From an uncultured Planctomycetota bacterium (GTDB taxonomy: Bacteria; Planctomycetota; Planctomycetia; Isosphaerales; Isosphaeraceae): DNA of 64,000 nt. The notes under the pieces were generated by a model. It was not told the DNA's origin and did not search any database. It saw only the letters and a program-made list of their open reading frames with translations. Position numbers and translations under genes: made by a program. Shown piece by piece: positions 29,330 through 40,581 of this stretch (position 1 is its first letter; the number at the start of each line of letters is the position of its first letter). The stretch spans positions 2,208,001-2,272,000 of the forward strand of contig CAWGMQ010000004.1 of assembly GCA_963823665.1 (NCBI GenBank), read 5' to 3'.

Positions 29330-30330
29330 ACGACGTCACCGTCCTTGATCACGTACTCCTTCCCTTCGAGCCGTTGCAGATGTTTGGCCTTGGCTTCCTT
29401 GACCGAGCCGGCCGCGTAAAGGTCGTCGTAGGCGGTGACTTCGGCACGGATAAACCCCTTCGCTAAATCGGTGTGGATCTTGCCGGCAGCCGCAACTGCG
29501 GTGGCACCCCGCTCGAGGTTCCAACCGCGTACTTCAGGATCACCCGCTGTGAAGAAGGTGATGATGCCAACGGCATCGTATGCTTGTCGGATGATCCGAT
29601 CCTTGCCCAGATCGCCGACACCCATGTCGGCCATGAATGCGGCGCGCTCCTCGGGATCGAGTTGTGACAGCTCGAGCTCGAGCTTGGCGTCAATGGCCAG
29701 TGCTTGCGGGGCAACGGCGCGCAGGGCGTCTGGAACCGGCTCCCCCTGGAGGGTGTTCAGCACGATCACATCCGGCTTGTCGGTCAAGAGCCCGAACGAT
29801 CGCAGAGGTTTCTTGTCCTCCGCAGAGAGGTCAAGCGAGGCGACCGTCTTGCCTTCCTCAAGGACCCCACGCACTGCCATGACGATCTCCAGCTCTTTGC
29901 CGACCAGTTCTCGGTCCGGCCTGGGCTTCTTGAGACTGGCTTCGAGCCTTTCAACGCGAGTGGTTACGACCTGGAGATCAGCAAAAAGCATTTCGTCACG
30001 GAATTGAGCAAGCTGAGCCGCCGGGGCACTACCGGCGAAACCGTTGAGCACAATCAGCAGGGCATCGCCTTCACGGATCAACGCCAGTCGCTGTGGGTTG
30101 TCAGCGTGGGAGCCGGGCAGAAGGCCGGGAGTGTCGAGAAATTCGACCGATGCAGACGTGACCTTCTTGGGATTATGCAGCGAGGCCAGGAAATCCAGCC
30201 GTGGGTCGCGGAGCGTGGCAACTCCCGCTTGTCCAGAATGAACTCTGCCTGGGTCCGGAGTCGTTTCCGTCAGCAGCTCAAATAGCGTGCTCTTCCCGCT
30301 TCCCGCAAACCCGACAATTCCCACACGCAT
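29308..30330 (-). CDS. ychF: YchF/Obg-like ATPase
   Basis: GFAGSGKST, DTPGL, AAGKIHTDLAKGFIRAEV and RLEGKEYVIKDGDVV. Confidence 0.9.
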   Translation of the reverse strand: MRVGIVGFAGSGKSTLFELLTETTPDPGRVHSGQAGVATLRDPRLDFLASLHNPKKVTSASVEFLDTPGLLPGSHADNPQRLALIREGDALLIVLNGFAGSAPAAQLAQFRDEMLFADLQVVTTRVERLEASLKKPRPDRELVGKELEIVMAVRGVLEEGKTVASLDLSAEDKKPLRSFGLLTDKPDVIVLNTLQGEPVPDALRAVAPQALAIDAKLELELSQLDPEERAAFMADMGVGDLGKDRIIRQAYDAVGIITFFTAGDPEVRGWNLERGATAVAAAGKIHTDLAKGFIRAEVTAYDDLYAAGSVKEAKAKHLQRLEGKEYVIKDGDVVYFRSAV

Positions 30331-30454
30331 CCGTCAATCCTCTGGTTGATCCAGCACTCTGTCCTCAATGCCGCTTCTGTAGAGGCGCAGAGGGTTTATG
30401 TCGTAGTAGGGCGGCAATCGTCGCAAGCAAAAGACGCTCACGAGCTTTTCAAAC

Positions 30455-32707
30455 TCAGTTCGAGGGCGTCGATCTGGTTATCAATCGTTTCGAGAGACTC
30501 GGGTTCAGAGCAAGGTGACCGAAGCGAATCCGATAGAACGCGTTCACCACGTCACCAGGAATCTCCGAGACCGAGTCACTCCCTGATCTGCGGGCGGAGA
30601 GGATCTTCTGGGCCCGGCGGGCAAACTCGCTCTGAGTTTCATTCGGTAGCCGCTCGAGGTCGATCTGAGCAAGCACCTGCGTCAACCGCCGGTAGAAGAG
30701 CGTGCCGGGGCAGAAGGAAGCGGAGTCTGGGATAGGCCCGCGCAGCGAGAGCAGTAGACGCAAGCCCAGGCGGTAGAAGCCTTTCGCCGCACCGGCTAGA
30801 ACAAGCAAGACAAAGAATGAGACGAAGAAACCCCTCGGACTGATGAACGAGTCGATGTTCTCGAAATGAAAGATCTGCGCGAACCATCTCCGGAACCGCG
30901 ACCGCATATTCGCGAATTGAGTCTTGATCTCATTGGCGATGGTGCGCATCGGGCCGTAAATCAACCTGTCCTGGCGATCGCCGTCGTAGCCGACAACGTA
31001 GAAGATCCAGATGTGGCGAAGCGAATCAGTCAGCGGCCGGAAGTTTCCGGCCAGGCCGCCAACTTGGGCAATCGATTCTTGGCGCGCCGCGATGGGTGTG
31101 GGATCAAGGGTAACCCAGTGTGGCAGAGCATCCGGGCTGTTCGATCGTCCGACGTAGGCTTCCACCCAGCTATGGGCGTGCTTCTGCCGCACGTTGAGCG
31201 CTTCGGTCAGCTCGTTCCAGTCGCCTCCCTTGAAGCCGTTCACGACCCGAGATCGAATACCCACTGAACGCAATAAGAGGGCCAGTGCACTGGCGAAATA
31301 CTCGCAATGGCCTGCCTTGCGGTTAACCAGGAAATCTTCGACCGGATCGAGCGTCGGGTCGTGGATGTCCATCTGCAAGGTGTAATTGAACTGACCCGAT
31401 TCGCGCAGATATGCTTCCAGAGCGCGGGCGCGCTCGGTTACGGCGTCTGGCCCGTCTGGGTTAATACGCGCAATGACAGGCTCGGCGATCGCCTTGAGTT
31501 TGGCTCGCAAGCCCGCGGGCATCGACAGGAAAACACTGTCCCTGTCGGAGGGCGGTGATTCGTGGATCTGGAAGCCTGCGGTGTCGCGATCCGAGATGAC
31601 CTCATAATCGTATTCACCGCTCAGAAGATCGGAGCGAAAGAGAGTGCCGTCGTTGTTTGACAAGCAAGGTTGAGATCGCTCAAACGTGGAGACCGCATTC
31701 AAGATGGGGCGGATGCCGAATAACGTCGGCGAGTCGATCGGCTCGAGCTTGATCCGCTGGCGGATGAGTCTCCCCTTGAGCCGGGCGTCACGTTTGAAGC
31801 TGACCACGGCCTGCGTCCCTTTGGCCTGGCGGACCCATCGACCCCCCTCATAGTGCAGCATGGTGACACCCCGCCAGAGCGGCTCGTCTTCGGGCCGGAT
31901 CGGGTCGCCGTTCTCGTCCGCGAGCTGCACGATCATGACAACCGAGTCATTCTCGAGGATTTCACCAAGCTGGCCGAGTTGCACTTCCTCGTCGAATCCC
32001 GAAAGATGCCGGGCCAGCGGAGTGCCCGACTGGCTCCGACTCGCACCAGCCTGGCGGGGTAGCACGAGAAAGATCAACCCTCCCAGGGCGAGCGTGGTGA
32101 CCATGACCCTGACGGTTGCAGCCACATAGGGTATATCAAACAGGCCCCGATAAGGATCAACGACGGGAACATGGAACTCTCGGCGCACGGGTTGCCATAG
32201 CGTACCGCCTGAGATGGTTTTACCCGAGAACCGAAGGGCTTCACGCTGCAAAAAGAACTGGCCGAGCACCCAGATGGCAAGCATGGCCCACAGGAAGAGC
32301 CAAGTGCCGACCTGGTCGCTCTGGTTCACGACCGATCCGATCAATACCTGCATGAGTCCGAGCAAAAAAAGGAACCAGTCGTCTTCGGCCGTTTTGGGAA
32401 GGAAATACTTGATGAGTTGGAGATACACCAGCCAGTGGGCAAGTGCGGGGATCCGCTGTGCCTCATCGAGCCTGTACTCAAAGTAGAGAACGCCCAGTGT
32501 TCCCAGGGCAAGGATGTTGGCTAATTGGCGCGGCAACACCAGCATTTGTTTTCTATCGACGGCATAAAAGGCGACGGCCCCGGCAACCGCAACAACCACG
32601 GCCAGGAGCTTGGCGAACTGCCCGTCCGGGGAATCTCCGCCGAGCGCCATTGTGGCGACGAAGAGCATCAGGTAGAAGCTTCCTCGGTAAACCAGGTAGC
32701 TGTTCAC
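30455..32707 (-). CDS. TgpA-like membrane transglutaminase-domain protein
   Basis: GHCEYFASA, HAHSWVEAY and WVTLDPT triad motifs. A likely 1-bp deletion near 30507 would move the true stop to 30438. Confidence 0.88.
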   Translation of the reverse strand: MNSYLVYRGSFYLMLFVATMALGGDSPDGQFAKLLAVVVAVAGAVAFYAVDRKQMLVLPRQLANILALGTLGVLYFEYRLDEAQRIPALAHWLVYLQLIKYFLPKTAEDDWFLFLLGLMQVLIGSVVNQSDQVGTWLFLWAMLAIWVLGQFFLQREALRFSGKTISGGTLWQPVRREFHVPVVDPYRGLFDIPYVAATVRVMVTTLALGGLIFLVLPRQAGASRSQSGTPLARHLSGFDEEVQLGQLGEILENDSVVMIVQLADENGDPIRPEDEPLWRGVTMLHYEGGRWVRQAKGTQAVVSFKRDARLKGRLIRQRIKLEPIDSPTLFGIRPILNAVSTFERSQPCLSNNDGTLFRSDLLSGEYDYEVISDRDTAGFQIHESPPSDRDSVFLSMPAGLRAKLKAIAEPVIARINPDGPDAVTERARALEAYLRESGQFNYTLQMDIHDPTLDPVEDFLVNRKAGHCEYFASALALLLRSVGIRSRVVNGFKGGDWNELTEALNVRQKHAHSWVEAYVGRSNSPDALPHWVTLDPTPIAARQESIAQVGGLAGNFRPLTDSLRHIWIFYVVGYDGDRQDRLIYGPMRTIANEIKTQFANMRSRFRRWFAQIFHFENIDSFISPRGFFVSFFVLLVLAGAAKGFYRLGLRLLLSLRGPIPDSASFCPGTLFYRRLTQVLAQIDLERLPNETQSEFARRAQKILSARRSGSDSVSEIPGDVVNAFYRIRFGHLALNPSLSKRLITRSTPSN

Positions 32708-34122
32708 GGCTGGTTATCTCCGTCGTCGAAGGTCGCCAGCGATGTCTCCGGCCCGCCATCGCCGCCGCTTAAACCGCGGCGGCGCTCAACCTCACTCGAG
32801 CGTCGATCCTTGATCGCACTGCTCTGGCGCTGCTGGAGAAGGTCACGGGCGGTGTCATCGTCAAACTGAAAGAGCGAGGAGAGATCACCCTGCGTCGCAT
32901 TCAGCATCATCACCCGGCTGAGCAGGCCCCGGGCCGATGTGCCCGAAAACCGTGACGATCGCTCTGCCTCTTCGATCAGATTGATCGGACGAGTGGAAAC
33001 AATCACCAGAAGTGCTTCACGTAGCGCTGCCGGCGGCATGATGTCGAATAACGCAGCCAAGCCTCCTTCGTTTACTGGCGCCATCATCGCAAGCTGTTCA
33101 AGAAGCTCGTGCAATAGCTTGACCGACGCGGGTCCTTGCCGCATACCCGGGGGAGCCCCGGTCCACCCAAGAATGATCCGTCGTCCCTGATGTCGGGCGG
33201 TCTCGATGCACAGCGTGGCTGCAAATGAGATTGCCTGCTCGATAGTTTCCCTCTGCTCCCCGGTCGCACGGCCGCGAGGCAGCCATGGATCGATCAGGAT
33301 GGCCAGGTCCTGCTCATTCTGATGCTCAAACTCCTTGACCATGAGCTCACCCCGGCGTGCTGACGTTCGCCAGTGGATCCACCGTGGGCTGTCTCCCGCA
33401 TGGTAACTGCGCAGACCGTGATACTCCACCTGCTGTGCCGAACGATCGTGGCGTTGACCCTGTCGGTTCTCCGTCGCGGGGCGCTGGATTTGATACCAGC
33501 GACGAGTCAGGTGCCCGATCCTGGGGTAGACGATCATCTGTTCTTCAATCCCGATCGTCACACGATGCTCGACCAGTCCAAACGGTGCGCGGGTTCCCAG
33601 ATCAAGGTCCCGAAGCCGATACTTCCCCCGGACCGGACTCTTGTACTGCCAGCGCAGGTGAAGGCGATCGTGACTGGCGATCCGCGCGAAGAACACGCTC
33701 GGTGTGAGACTGGTCGCCTCCGTAGACGAGGAATCAACCGGCACCAGACAGTCCTCCAGGAAAACTGCCAGGCTGGCAAACCACCGCCGGCCGTTTTCCA
33801 CCGTGTAATCAATAACCAGGCGCTCTCCGGAAAAGACGTACGTAGGCAGCCGGCGGTGCACGCTGAGCCGGTTCAGCATGGCGCGCCCACCGAAGATCGA
33901 CGCCAGAAACGGACCGGCAGAGAGAGTAAATACGAGCAAGATGAGATTCACCTGGTGCAGCAGTCCAGCGGCCAGCAGCCCGACTGCCACCCAGAAATAG
34001 ATGAAACCCTCCCGGGTCAGGATCTGTCGCTGGCTCGGCCAGAGCGCACCGATGAGCCCGCGTCCAATCCGGCTCATCCGGCCCTCTGCTCGACGCGACC
34101 GAGGCTTCTCGTCGCCGCTCAT
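32704..34122 (-). CDS. DUF58 domain protein
   Basis: EYHGLRSYHAGDSPRWIHWRTSARRGELMVKEFE. Confidence 0.9.
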   Translation of the reverse strand: MSGDEKPRSRRAEGRMSRIGRGLIGALWPSQRQILTREGFIYFWVAVGLLAAGLLHQVNLILLVFTLSAGPFLASIFGGRAMLNRLSVHRRLPTYVFSGERLVIDYTVENGRRWFASLAVFLEDCLVPVDSSSTEATSLTPSVFFARIASHDRLHLRWQYKSPVRGKYRLRDLDLGTRAPFGLVEHRVTIGIEEQMIVYPRIGHLTRRWYQIQRPATENRQGQRHDRSAQQVEYHGLRSYHAGDSPRWIHWRTSARRGELMVKEFEHQNEQDLAILIDPWLPRGRATGEQRETIEQAISFAATLCIETARHQGRRIILGWTGAPPGMRQGPASVKLLHELLEQLAMMAPVNEGGLAALFDIMPPAALREALLVIVSTRPINLIEEAERSSRFSGTSARGLLSRVMMLNATQGDLSSLFQFDDDTARDLLQQRQSSAIKDRRSSEVERRRGLSGGDGGPETSLATFDDGDNQP

Positions 34123-34180
34123 CTCAGGCCTCTTCTATTCCGGGCAAAGTGTCCCCACCGCTCTCGGCCGTTACGACCAA

Positions 34181-35158
34181 TCAAGACGGCACTCGGATGC
34201 GGTCGACAATGTCCCGGATGATTGCCTCGGAAGCTCCAAACTCCCCTGCTTGCAGAAATGACTTCCCTACCACTCGGTGCGACAGCACGTTGACCGCAAG
34301 CATCTTGATATCGTCCGGAATCACGTATCCACGGCCGGAAACGAGCGCAAGGCTCTGTGCCGCTCGGTATAGCGTCAAGGCCCCGCGCGTGCTGACGCCT
34401 ACATGGAGATCCTCACTACGACGGGTTGCATGCACGATATCAAGCAAATAGTCGGTAATGGAATCCTCAACCTGAATCGCGCGCACACCCCGCTGAAGCA
34501 GAAGCACGTCGTTTGTGCTCAAGACCGCACCCAAGCTATCAACTGGTTCTCCTTCACGGTGGCTAGCGACAACCCGGCGCTCTTCCGCGCGCACCGGATA
34601 GCCCATCCGCAGCCGGAGCATGAATCGGTCGAGCTGGCTCTCAGGCAAAACATAGGTCCCCTCAAACTCATATGGATTCTGCGTCGCCAGTACGATGAAA
34701 GGTGGTATGAGCGGATACGTATGCCCTTCGATCGACGCCTGTCGGTCGCTCATGGCCTCAAGAAGTGCGCTCTGGGTTCGAGGAGTTGTGCGGTTGATCT
34801 CGTCAGCCAGGATCACGTTCGCAAAAAGCGGACCGGGCTTGAAGACGAATTCACCCGACGGAGCATGGTAGATACTCGATCCCAGCACGTCCGAAGGGAG
34901 CAAGTCGGGCGTGAACTGAATTCGCCGGAAGGAACAATCAAGACTGGCAGCAATTGCCCGCGCGAGCAGGGTCTTCCCCACTCCGGGGACGTCTTCGATC
35001 AGGATGTGCCCTTCCGCGAGCAATGCAACCACGGCGAGCCGGATCGCCTCGGATTTACCAAGTACAACAAGTGCGATATTTTCGATCAGCCGATTCGAGA
35101 GAGATACAAGTTCATCGAGATCAGAGGCCGTCGGTTCAGTAATCTGAGTAGAATTCAT
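34181..35158 (-). CDS. MoxR-family AAA+ ATPase
   Basis: EDVPGVGKT, RIQFTPDLLPSD, DEINR and ATQNP. Confidence 0.95.
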   Translation of the reverse strand: MNSTQITEPTASDLDELVSLSNRLIENIALVVLGKSEAIRLAVVALLAEGHILIEDVPGVGKTLLARAIAASLDCSFRRIQFTPDLLPSDVLGSSIYHAPSGEFVFKPGPLFANVILADEINRTTPRTQSALLEAMSDRQASIEGHTYPLIPPFIVLATQNPYEFEGTYVLPESQLDRFMLRLRMGYPVRAEERRVVASHREGEPVDSLGAVLSTNDVLLLQRGVRAIQVEDSITDYLLDIVHATRRSEDLHVGVSTRGALTLYRAAQSLALVSGRGYVIPDDIKMLAVNVLSHRVVGKSFLQAGEFGASEAIIRDIVDRIRVPS

Positions 35159-35351
35159 GCGGTCGGCTCAGCGTCCTATTCCTTGCATCCGGCTGGACTG
35201 TGCTTCGTTGCGTTCATGACAGTATAAACCATCGACTGACCGATTCCAACGGCTGGATCGATGGGCCATCACGTTCAGGAACGGGTAAAGCAGGATGGGC
35301 CCGAACCTGACGAGCAAGTGATTTCCGACCTGACGGCGATGGATACAACCC

Positions 35352-36419
35352 ATGTCGGAGGACACGCGGCTGCTGATTCTCGATGGCCGTCCGCCCGGCG
35401 ATGACAGTGCAGGGCCGTTACCCCCCCTGCTCGATCGACTCGAGCACCGTGGTTTTCAGATCCAGGTGCTGTGTGCGTCAAAAGCGGAAGACATCTCGCG
35501 CGACCCGCGAGCTCTGGAAGCACAGTTTCTCAAGAAACGCATTCTGCGATTCTTCGCAGGACGGCTGATCTGGTCAGACTCCCGGCTCGACCGCCCAGAC
35601 CTACTACACGCGCTTGACGACCGGATGGTCGACTTGGTCCTCTCCTTATCCGAGAAAGGGCAGATTCCCTACGTTCAAACAGTAGCTGGCTTTACAACCG
35701 TTGAACGTGGTCTCAAGCTAAGCCGTACGTGGTGTCGTCGCCTGATTGCCACCGGATCAGATTTGGCCGACGAGCTTGAACATGGGCTTGGCATCCCGCG
35801 CGATTGGATCGCCCTCATTCCCCATGGAGTCGTGGCCAGTCCGCGTTCTTCTTCCCAAATGCCTGCAGGCGCTACGATTCCGGTGATCGGCACCGGAGGA
35901 CCTCAAGAGGAGGGTCCGGGGCTACTGGTCTTCACCGAGGCGGCCAGGCTAGTCATCGGTGCCGGATATGATGTCGAATTCGTGATCGCCTGTGCTGCTC
36001 GCGAACAAACTACAATACGCTATCTGGCCAAGCAGCTCGGGATCGCAGAACGAGTAACAGTAACTGATTATCCAATCGCCGGCCCTGATTTCTGGTCTGT
36101 GCTGGATATTTACTGCCAGCCTGCAGTAAGTCCAAACGCGGGCCGCATGCTTACCCTGGCACTGGCCCGTGCACTTCCATGCATCGCTACGGACGTGAAG
36201 GGCCTTCGCACCTTGATCGAACACACCAAAGACGGTCTTCTTGTTCCTGCCGCAGACCCGGTTGCGCTCAAGGCTGCGATCACGACAGTCCTTGATGATC
36301 CCTCTTTCGCCCGCCGCCTTGGCGAGACGGCGTCTGAGCGCATACGCCAGCAATTCGACCTGGATTTCGAGGCCGACAGGCTGGCAGCACTCTATCGCGA
36401 GGTCATCAGCAGGCAATAA
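35352..36419 (+). CDS. GT4-family glycosyltransferase (divergent)
   Basis: C-terminal ALARALPCIATDVKG...GLLVPAADPVAL. Confidence 0.75.
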   Translation: MSEDTRLLILDGRPPGDDSAGPLPPLLDRLEHRGFQIQVLCASKAEDISRDPRALEAQFLKKRILRFFAGRLIWSDSRLDRPDLLHALDDRMVDLVLSLSEKGQIPYVQTVAGFTTVERGLKLSRTWCRRLIATGSDLADELEHGLGIPRDWIALIPHGVVASPRSSSQMPAGATIPVIGTGGPQEEGPGLLVFTEAARLVIGAGYDVEFVIACAAREQTTIRYLAKQLGIAERVTVTDYPIAGPDFWSVLDIYCQPAVSPNAGRMLTLALARALPCIATDVKGLRTLIEHTKDGLLVPAADPVALKAAITTVLDDPSFARRLGETASERIRQQFDLDFEADRLAALYREVISRQ

Positions 36420-36491
36420 GGTGTCCAGCAATCGCGATCGCCGCAACCTCTTTGATAGGTGTGAAGGTCAGCTCGCATCGAGGAAAACGCC

Positions 36492-37913
36492 ATGAATCTA
36501 TCGAGCATGATCAACGGCGAGCGCTTCACTTTCGCTGATCTTCGCGAAGTTTTTGCCAAGGCCAACGAGGAAAAAGCCGGTGATCAGCTTGCAATGATCG
36601 CCGCGCGGACGGAGCGCGAGCGCATCGCAGCCAAGTCTGTTTTGGCCGATTTGACCCTCCAGGAGATTGTGGAGCACCCGCTCATCGATCCCACGGTGGA
36701 TGAAGTCAGCCAGCTCATCCTTGAATCACACGATCAAGCCACGTTCGAGACGCTGCGCCGCTTTACTGTCGGTGAGTTCCGAGAATGGATTCTCGATGAC
36801 GCGACGACCGGCCCCATACTCGAAACAGCAGCCAGTGGGCTCACACCGGAAATCGTTGCGGCTGTGACCAAACTCATGAGCAACAAAGACCTCGTGCTCG
36901 GCGCGAATAAGATCCGCATTGTGAGCCGTTGTCGCAATACGCTGGGAGAGCGCGGTGTGCTGGGCATACGTATTCAACCCAATCATCCCAGCGATGACAT
37001 CACCGGAATTCTGCTTTCCACCGTCGATGGCTTGTTGTTCGGATGCGGCGACGCGGTGATCGGCGTGAATCCCGCGGCGGAATCCATAGAAGTCACGAGC
37101 GCAATCCTCCTTGCGATCCACGACCTGATCGAGGCACTTTCCATCCCGACCCAGTCCTGTTGTCTCTCGCACATCACAACACAGCTTGCTTGCCTCAAGC
37201 GCGGAGTGCCGATTGATCTGCTGTTCCAATCAGTCGCTGGCACCGAGGCGGCCAATTCAAGTTTTGGCGTTTCTCTCGCACTCTTGCGCGAGGGTCAGGA
37301 ACGTGTGCTCGAGCAGCACGGTCATCGTGATGTCTCGTGGGCCGGTAAGAATGTAATGTACTTCGAGACTGGTCAGGGAAGTGCACTCTCCGCCGTTGCC
37401 CATCACGACGTTGACCAGCTTACGCTCGAGGCTCGGGCTTATGGTGTCGCTCGGGCCTTTGCACCGTTTCTGGTCAACAGCGTGGTCGGTTTCATCGGTC
37501 CGGAATATCTGTTCGATGAACGGCAGATTATCCGTGCGGGACTGGAGGACCACTTCATGGGGAAGATGCTCGGTTTACCCATGGGCGTTGACGTCTGCTA
37601 CACCAACCACGCCCAGGCCGACCAGAACTCAGCAGACAATTTGCTCATGCTCTTGGCGGCGGCAGGGTGCAACTATGTGATGGGCGTGCCCTGTTCCGAC
37701 GATGTGATGCTCAACTACCAGTCGACCAGCTTTCATGATGCTCTGGCAATTCGCCGTTTGTTCGGCTTGAAGCCGGCACCGGAGTTCGCATCCTGGCTGG
37801 AATCGCGGCAATTACCCGCCGGTCAGAATTCACTCGAGTTCCACCATGCAGCGACAGGCCAGGTCCTCGAGCTGGTAGGCACAGTGATTGCGCAGTCCGA
37901 GAGAGGTGCTTGA
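36492..37913 (+). CDS. eutB: Ethanolamine ammonia-lyase large subunit
   Basis: QPNHPSDD, GDAVIGVNP, MYFETGQGSALS, VVGFIGPEYL, CYTNH and DDVMLNYQSTSFHD. Confidence 0.95.
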   Translation: MNLSSMINGERFTFADLREVFAKANEEKAGDQLAMIAARTERERIAAKSVLADLTLQEIVEHPLIDPTVDEVSQLILESHDQATFETLRRFTVGEFREWILDDATTGPILETAASGLTPEIVAAVTKLMSNKDLVLGANKIRIVSRCRNTLGERGVLGIRIQPNHPSDDITGILLSTVDGLLFGCGDAVIGVNPAAESIEVTSAILLAIHDLIEALSIPTQSCCLSHITTQLACLKRGVPIDLLFQSVAGTEAANSSFGVSLALLREGQERVLEQHGHRDVSWAGKNVMYFETGQGSALSAVAHHDVDQLTLEARAYGVARAFAPFLVNSVVGFIGPEYLFDERQIIRAGLEDHFMGKMLGLPMGVDVCYTNHAQADQNSADNLLMLLAAAGCNYVMGVPCSDDVMLNYQSTSFHDALAIRRLFGLKPAPEFASWLESRQLPAGQNSLEFHHAATGQVLELVGTVIAQSERGA

Positions 37914-39414
37914 TGCCCGATGATCGCAGTACGCACCCACCAGAGCCTGATTCGAACGATGACGTTCGAAGGCTGCGTGAGATGGGTTATTCCCAGGAGC
38001 TGGCGCGGCGATTGGGAACGTTCTCGAATTTCGCGTTATCGTTCTCGATCATCTGCATACTGGCAGGAGGGGTCACGTCGTTTCACCTGGGATTTTGCAG
38101 CGTCGGCGGAGCATCGATCGGAATCGGCTGGCCCCTGGTAGTCTTGTTTGCGCTGGCGGTCGCCGCCACTATGGGGCAGCTTGCCTCGGCATTTCCCACC
38201 GCCGGCGGTCTTTATCACTGGGCTGCCCTTCTCGGTGGCCGCGGGTGGGGGTGGGTCACGGCGTGGCTTAACCTTGCTGGGCTCGTCACGGTGCTTGCCG
38301 CGATCAACGTCGGAACCTACCGCTTTGCAATCGGATCATTATTTTCCCAGGGGCTCTCCAGCCAGCTTGATCTGCCGGCACAGGCGCTTGGAGTGGTCTT
38401 GATCACGGCCACACAAGCGATGATCAACCACCTTGGAATCGCCGTGACGGCTCGCCTGACCGATTTCAGTGGATACTGGATTCTGCTGGTCAGTGCGGTA
38501 CTCACCACGAGTCTGCTGGCGTTTGCGCCTGGGCTGGATTTTTCACGACTGGTAACGTTTGAGAACTTTAGCGGCGCAGCCGGCGGCAATGTCTGGCCGG
38601 CTGCCCTCGGCATGGAGCTGCTCTTTGCTCAGGGACTTCTCTTGCCTGCGTACACGATCACCGGTTTCGATGCCTCAGCCCACGCCGCTGAAGAAACCAT
38701 CCGCGCTGCTCACAACGTCCCACGGGGGATTCTGCGATCGGTTCTGGTCTCTGGAGTGGCCGGCTGGGTCTTGCTGGGAGTAGTCGTGCTGGCCGCACCG
38801 GCCATGCCGGAAGCGGCCGCTCGAGGCGAGCAAGCTTTCCTCGGGATCTTGACCGGTGTATTGCCCTGGCCATTGTGGAGGCTTCTGGTCGCGGCGATTG
38901 TCATCGCCCAGTACCTGTGCGGTCTGGCCACGTTGACTTCAGCGTCAAGAATGGCGTACGCATTCGCACGTGACGGTGGCCTTCCCTGGTCACGGGCCCT
39001 CCGATGGATCTGTCCGAAGCGGCGTACGCCCCCGGTTGCGATTTGGAGTATTGCGCGGCTTCCGCTGCTTTCACCCTCTATACACCGGTGTATGCGACTA
39101 TCACGGTGGTTTGCACAATCTTCCTCTATCTCTCGTATGTCGTACCGTGTGCCCTCGGAGCACGTGCCCATGGAAGAAGCTGGACCATCATGGGCCCGTG
39201 GGATCTCGGCGTCTGGTACCGGCCCTTGGCAATCGTGAGTACCGTGGGTTGCGCCGGTTTGATCGTGATTGGAATGCAGCCGCCGAATCAGAAATCAATC
39301 TGGGTCGTTGGCGGCTGTGGGCTTGTGCTGGCGATCCTTTGGTTCACACTCGAGCGACATCGTTTCCAGACCCCGCTGCTTGCGAGACTTGATTCAACAG
39401 CCCGTGATGATTGA
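37910..39414 (+). pseudogene. APC-family amino acid/amine permease split by a 1-bp frameshift near 39056 (real or sequencing error)
   Basis: FSNFALSFSIICIL, PTAGGLYHWA, GFDASAHAAEET and SRMAYAFARDG. The TM tail (AFTLYTPVYATITV...) lies in the other frame. Confidence 0.82.
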
Positions 39415-39425
39415 TCCAGATCGAA

Positions 39426-39680
39426 TCAAGCCATTGCCACCGCTTCAATCTCGGTTGCTCTCGGCCCTGGCGGGAGCATGATGGACACCATCGGAGCATC
39501 CTCGAGCGTTGTGTACGCATGAATTCCATAGCGCAGGGCCAGAATTGGCCCGGGGCTGCTCACGATAATGCCACGCCGGTGGTATGCCAGCCGGTAAACC
39601 AGCCCGCCCCAGATTCCAATCACGAAGGTGCCAAGCCGGAAAATCAGGCCGCGGGGACCGAGAGGGACATAGAACGCCAC
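39426..39680 (-). CDS. Small hypothetical protein
   Basis: 84-aa ORF overlapping the hydrolase 3' end, with one hydrophobic segment. Confidence 0.4.
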   Translation of the reverse strand: MAFYVPLGPRGLIFRLGTFVIGIWGGLVYRLAYHRRGIIVSSPGPILALRYGIHAYTTLEDAPMVSIMLPPGPRATEIEAVAMA

Positions 39681-40480
39681 GATTTCAATCCTCGCTGGTG
39701 ATGGAGGGTAATGGGAGCAATGAGGAGCGCCGGCTCACGATCGGCTCGTACCGGCACACCGTGCCGGCCGTCACAAATACTGCTCTGACCGGAGAATCGG
39801 TCCTTGATCTTGGTTCCCAGAACCGGGATGTTCGTGTGTGTCACACCACATTGATTGGCAAAAACCACCGGCACATCGAGATCCATCGCAACCTTGGCCG
39901 GTATAGCGCCGGAAAGCGGACCGACATGTCCCAGCAGCCAGTGTCTCCGCCCTGATTCGCGATCCGCAAAATCGGGCCATGCTGCGGACACCACAGCCAG
40001 ATCAATACGACCGCGATAATCGCTCCAAACTCTGCGGTAGATCATGTCGGCGCAGATGGCGAAACCGACCCGACCCCAGGGAGTTTCAACAACCAGTGGT
40101 GACCGCCCCGGGCAGAATCGAAACCGCTCCCAGAACACCAGGTTCCGCTTTCGGTAAATCTGCAAGTTTCCGTCAGGGCTACAAAAAACCAGTGAATCGT
40201 AGAGATGCCGCCCTTCACGCTCGACAAATCCCGCTGCGATCGCCATTTGCCACTGACGGCTGCGCTGCCGCAAATGAGCAAGAGTGGGCCCTTCCGCCGT
40301 TTCACTGTAGGGACCGAAGTCCGGGCACAGGCTATAGCCGGTGTTGAATAGCTCCGGCAACACCGCGAGCTCTACGGACGCATCTCGAGCTTGTCGTAAC
40401 AGATCGTCGGCTCGGTCCAGGTTGGCCGAGACGTCGAGTACGTCGGAAAGCATCTGGACTGCGGCCACGATAATCTTCAC
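39644..40480 (-). CDS. Carbon-nitrogen hydrolase (nitrilase superfamily)
   Basis: E-K-C triad: LPELFNTGY, YRKRNL and ICAD. Confidence 0.88.
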   Translation of the reverse strand: MKIIVAAVQMLSDVLDVSANLDRADDLLRQARDASVELAVLPELFNTGYSLCPDFGPYSETAEGPTLAHLRQRSRQWQMAIAAGFVEREGRHLYDSLVFCSPDGNLQIYRKRNLVFWERFRFCPGRSPLVVETPWGRVGFAICADMIYRRVWSDYRGRIDLAVVSAAWPDFADRESGRRHWLLGHVGPLSGAIPAKVAMDLDVPVVFANQCGVTHTNIPVLGTKIKDRFSGQSSICDGRHGVPVRADREPALLIAPITLHHQRGLKSWRSMSLSVPAA

Positions 40481-40581
40481 GGCCGTTCACCCCGTTCGGA
40501 CGTCCGTATCCCAACTAGCTTCCTTCCCAATCGGCTCAGCAGACGTCTTTTGTCCATCCAACTTTCAGTCAGTAGCGCCGC

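Noticed and set aside
36420..36491. Cobalamin riboswitch upstream of eutB
   Set aside because: The intergenic region is only about 70 bp and has no B12 box
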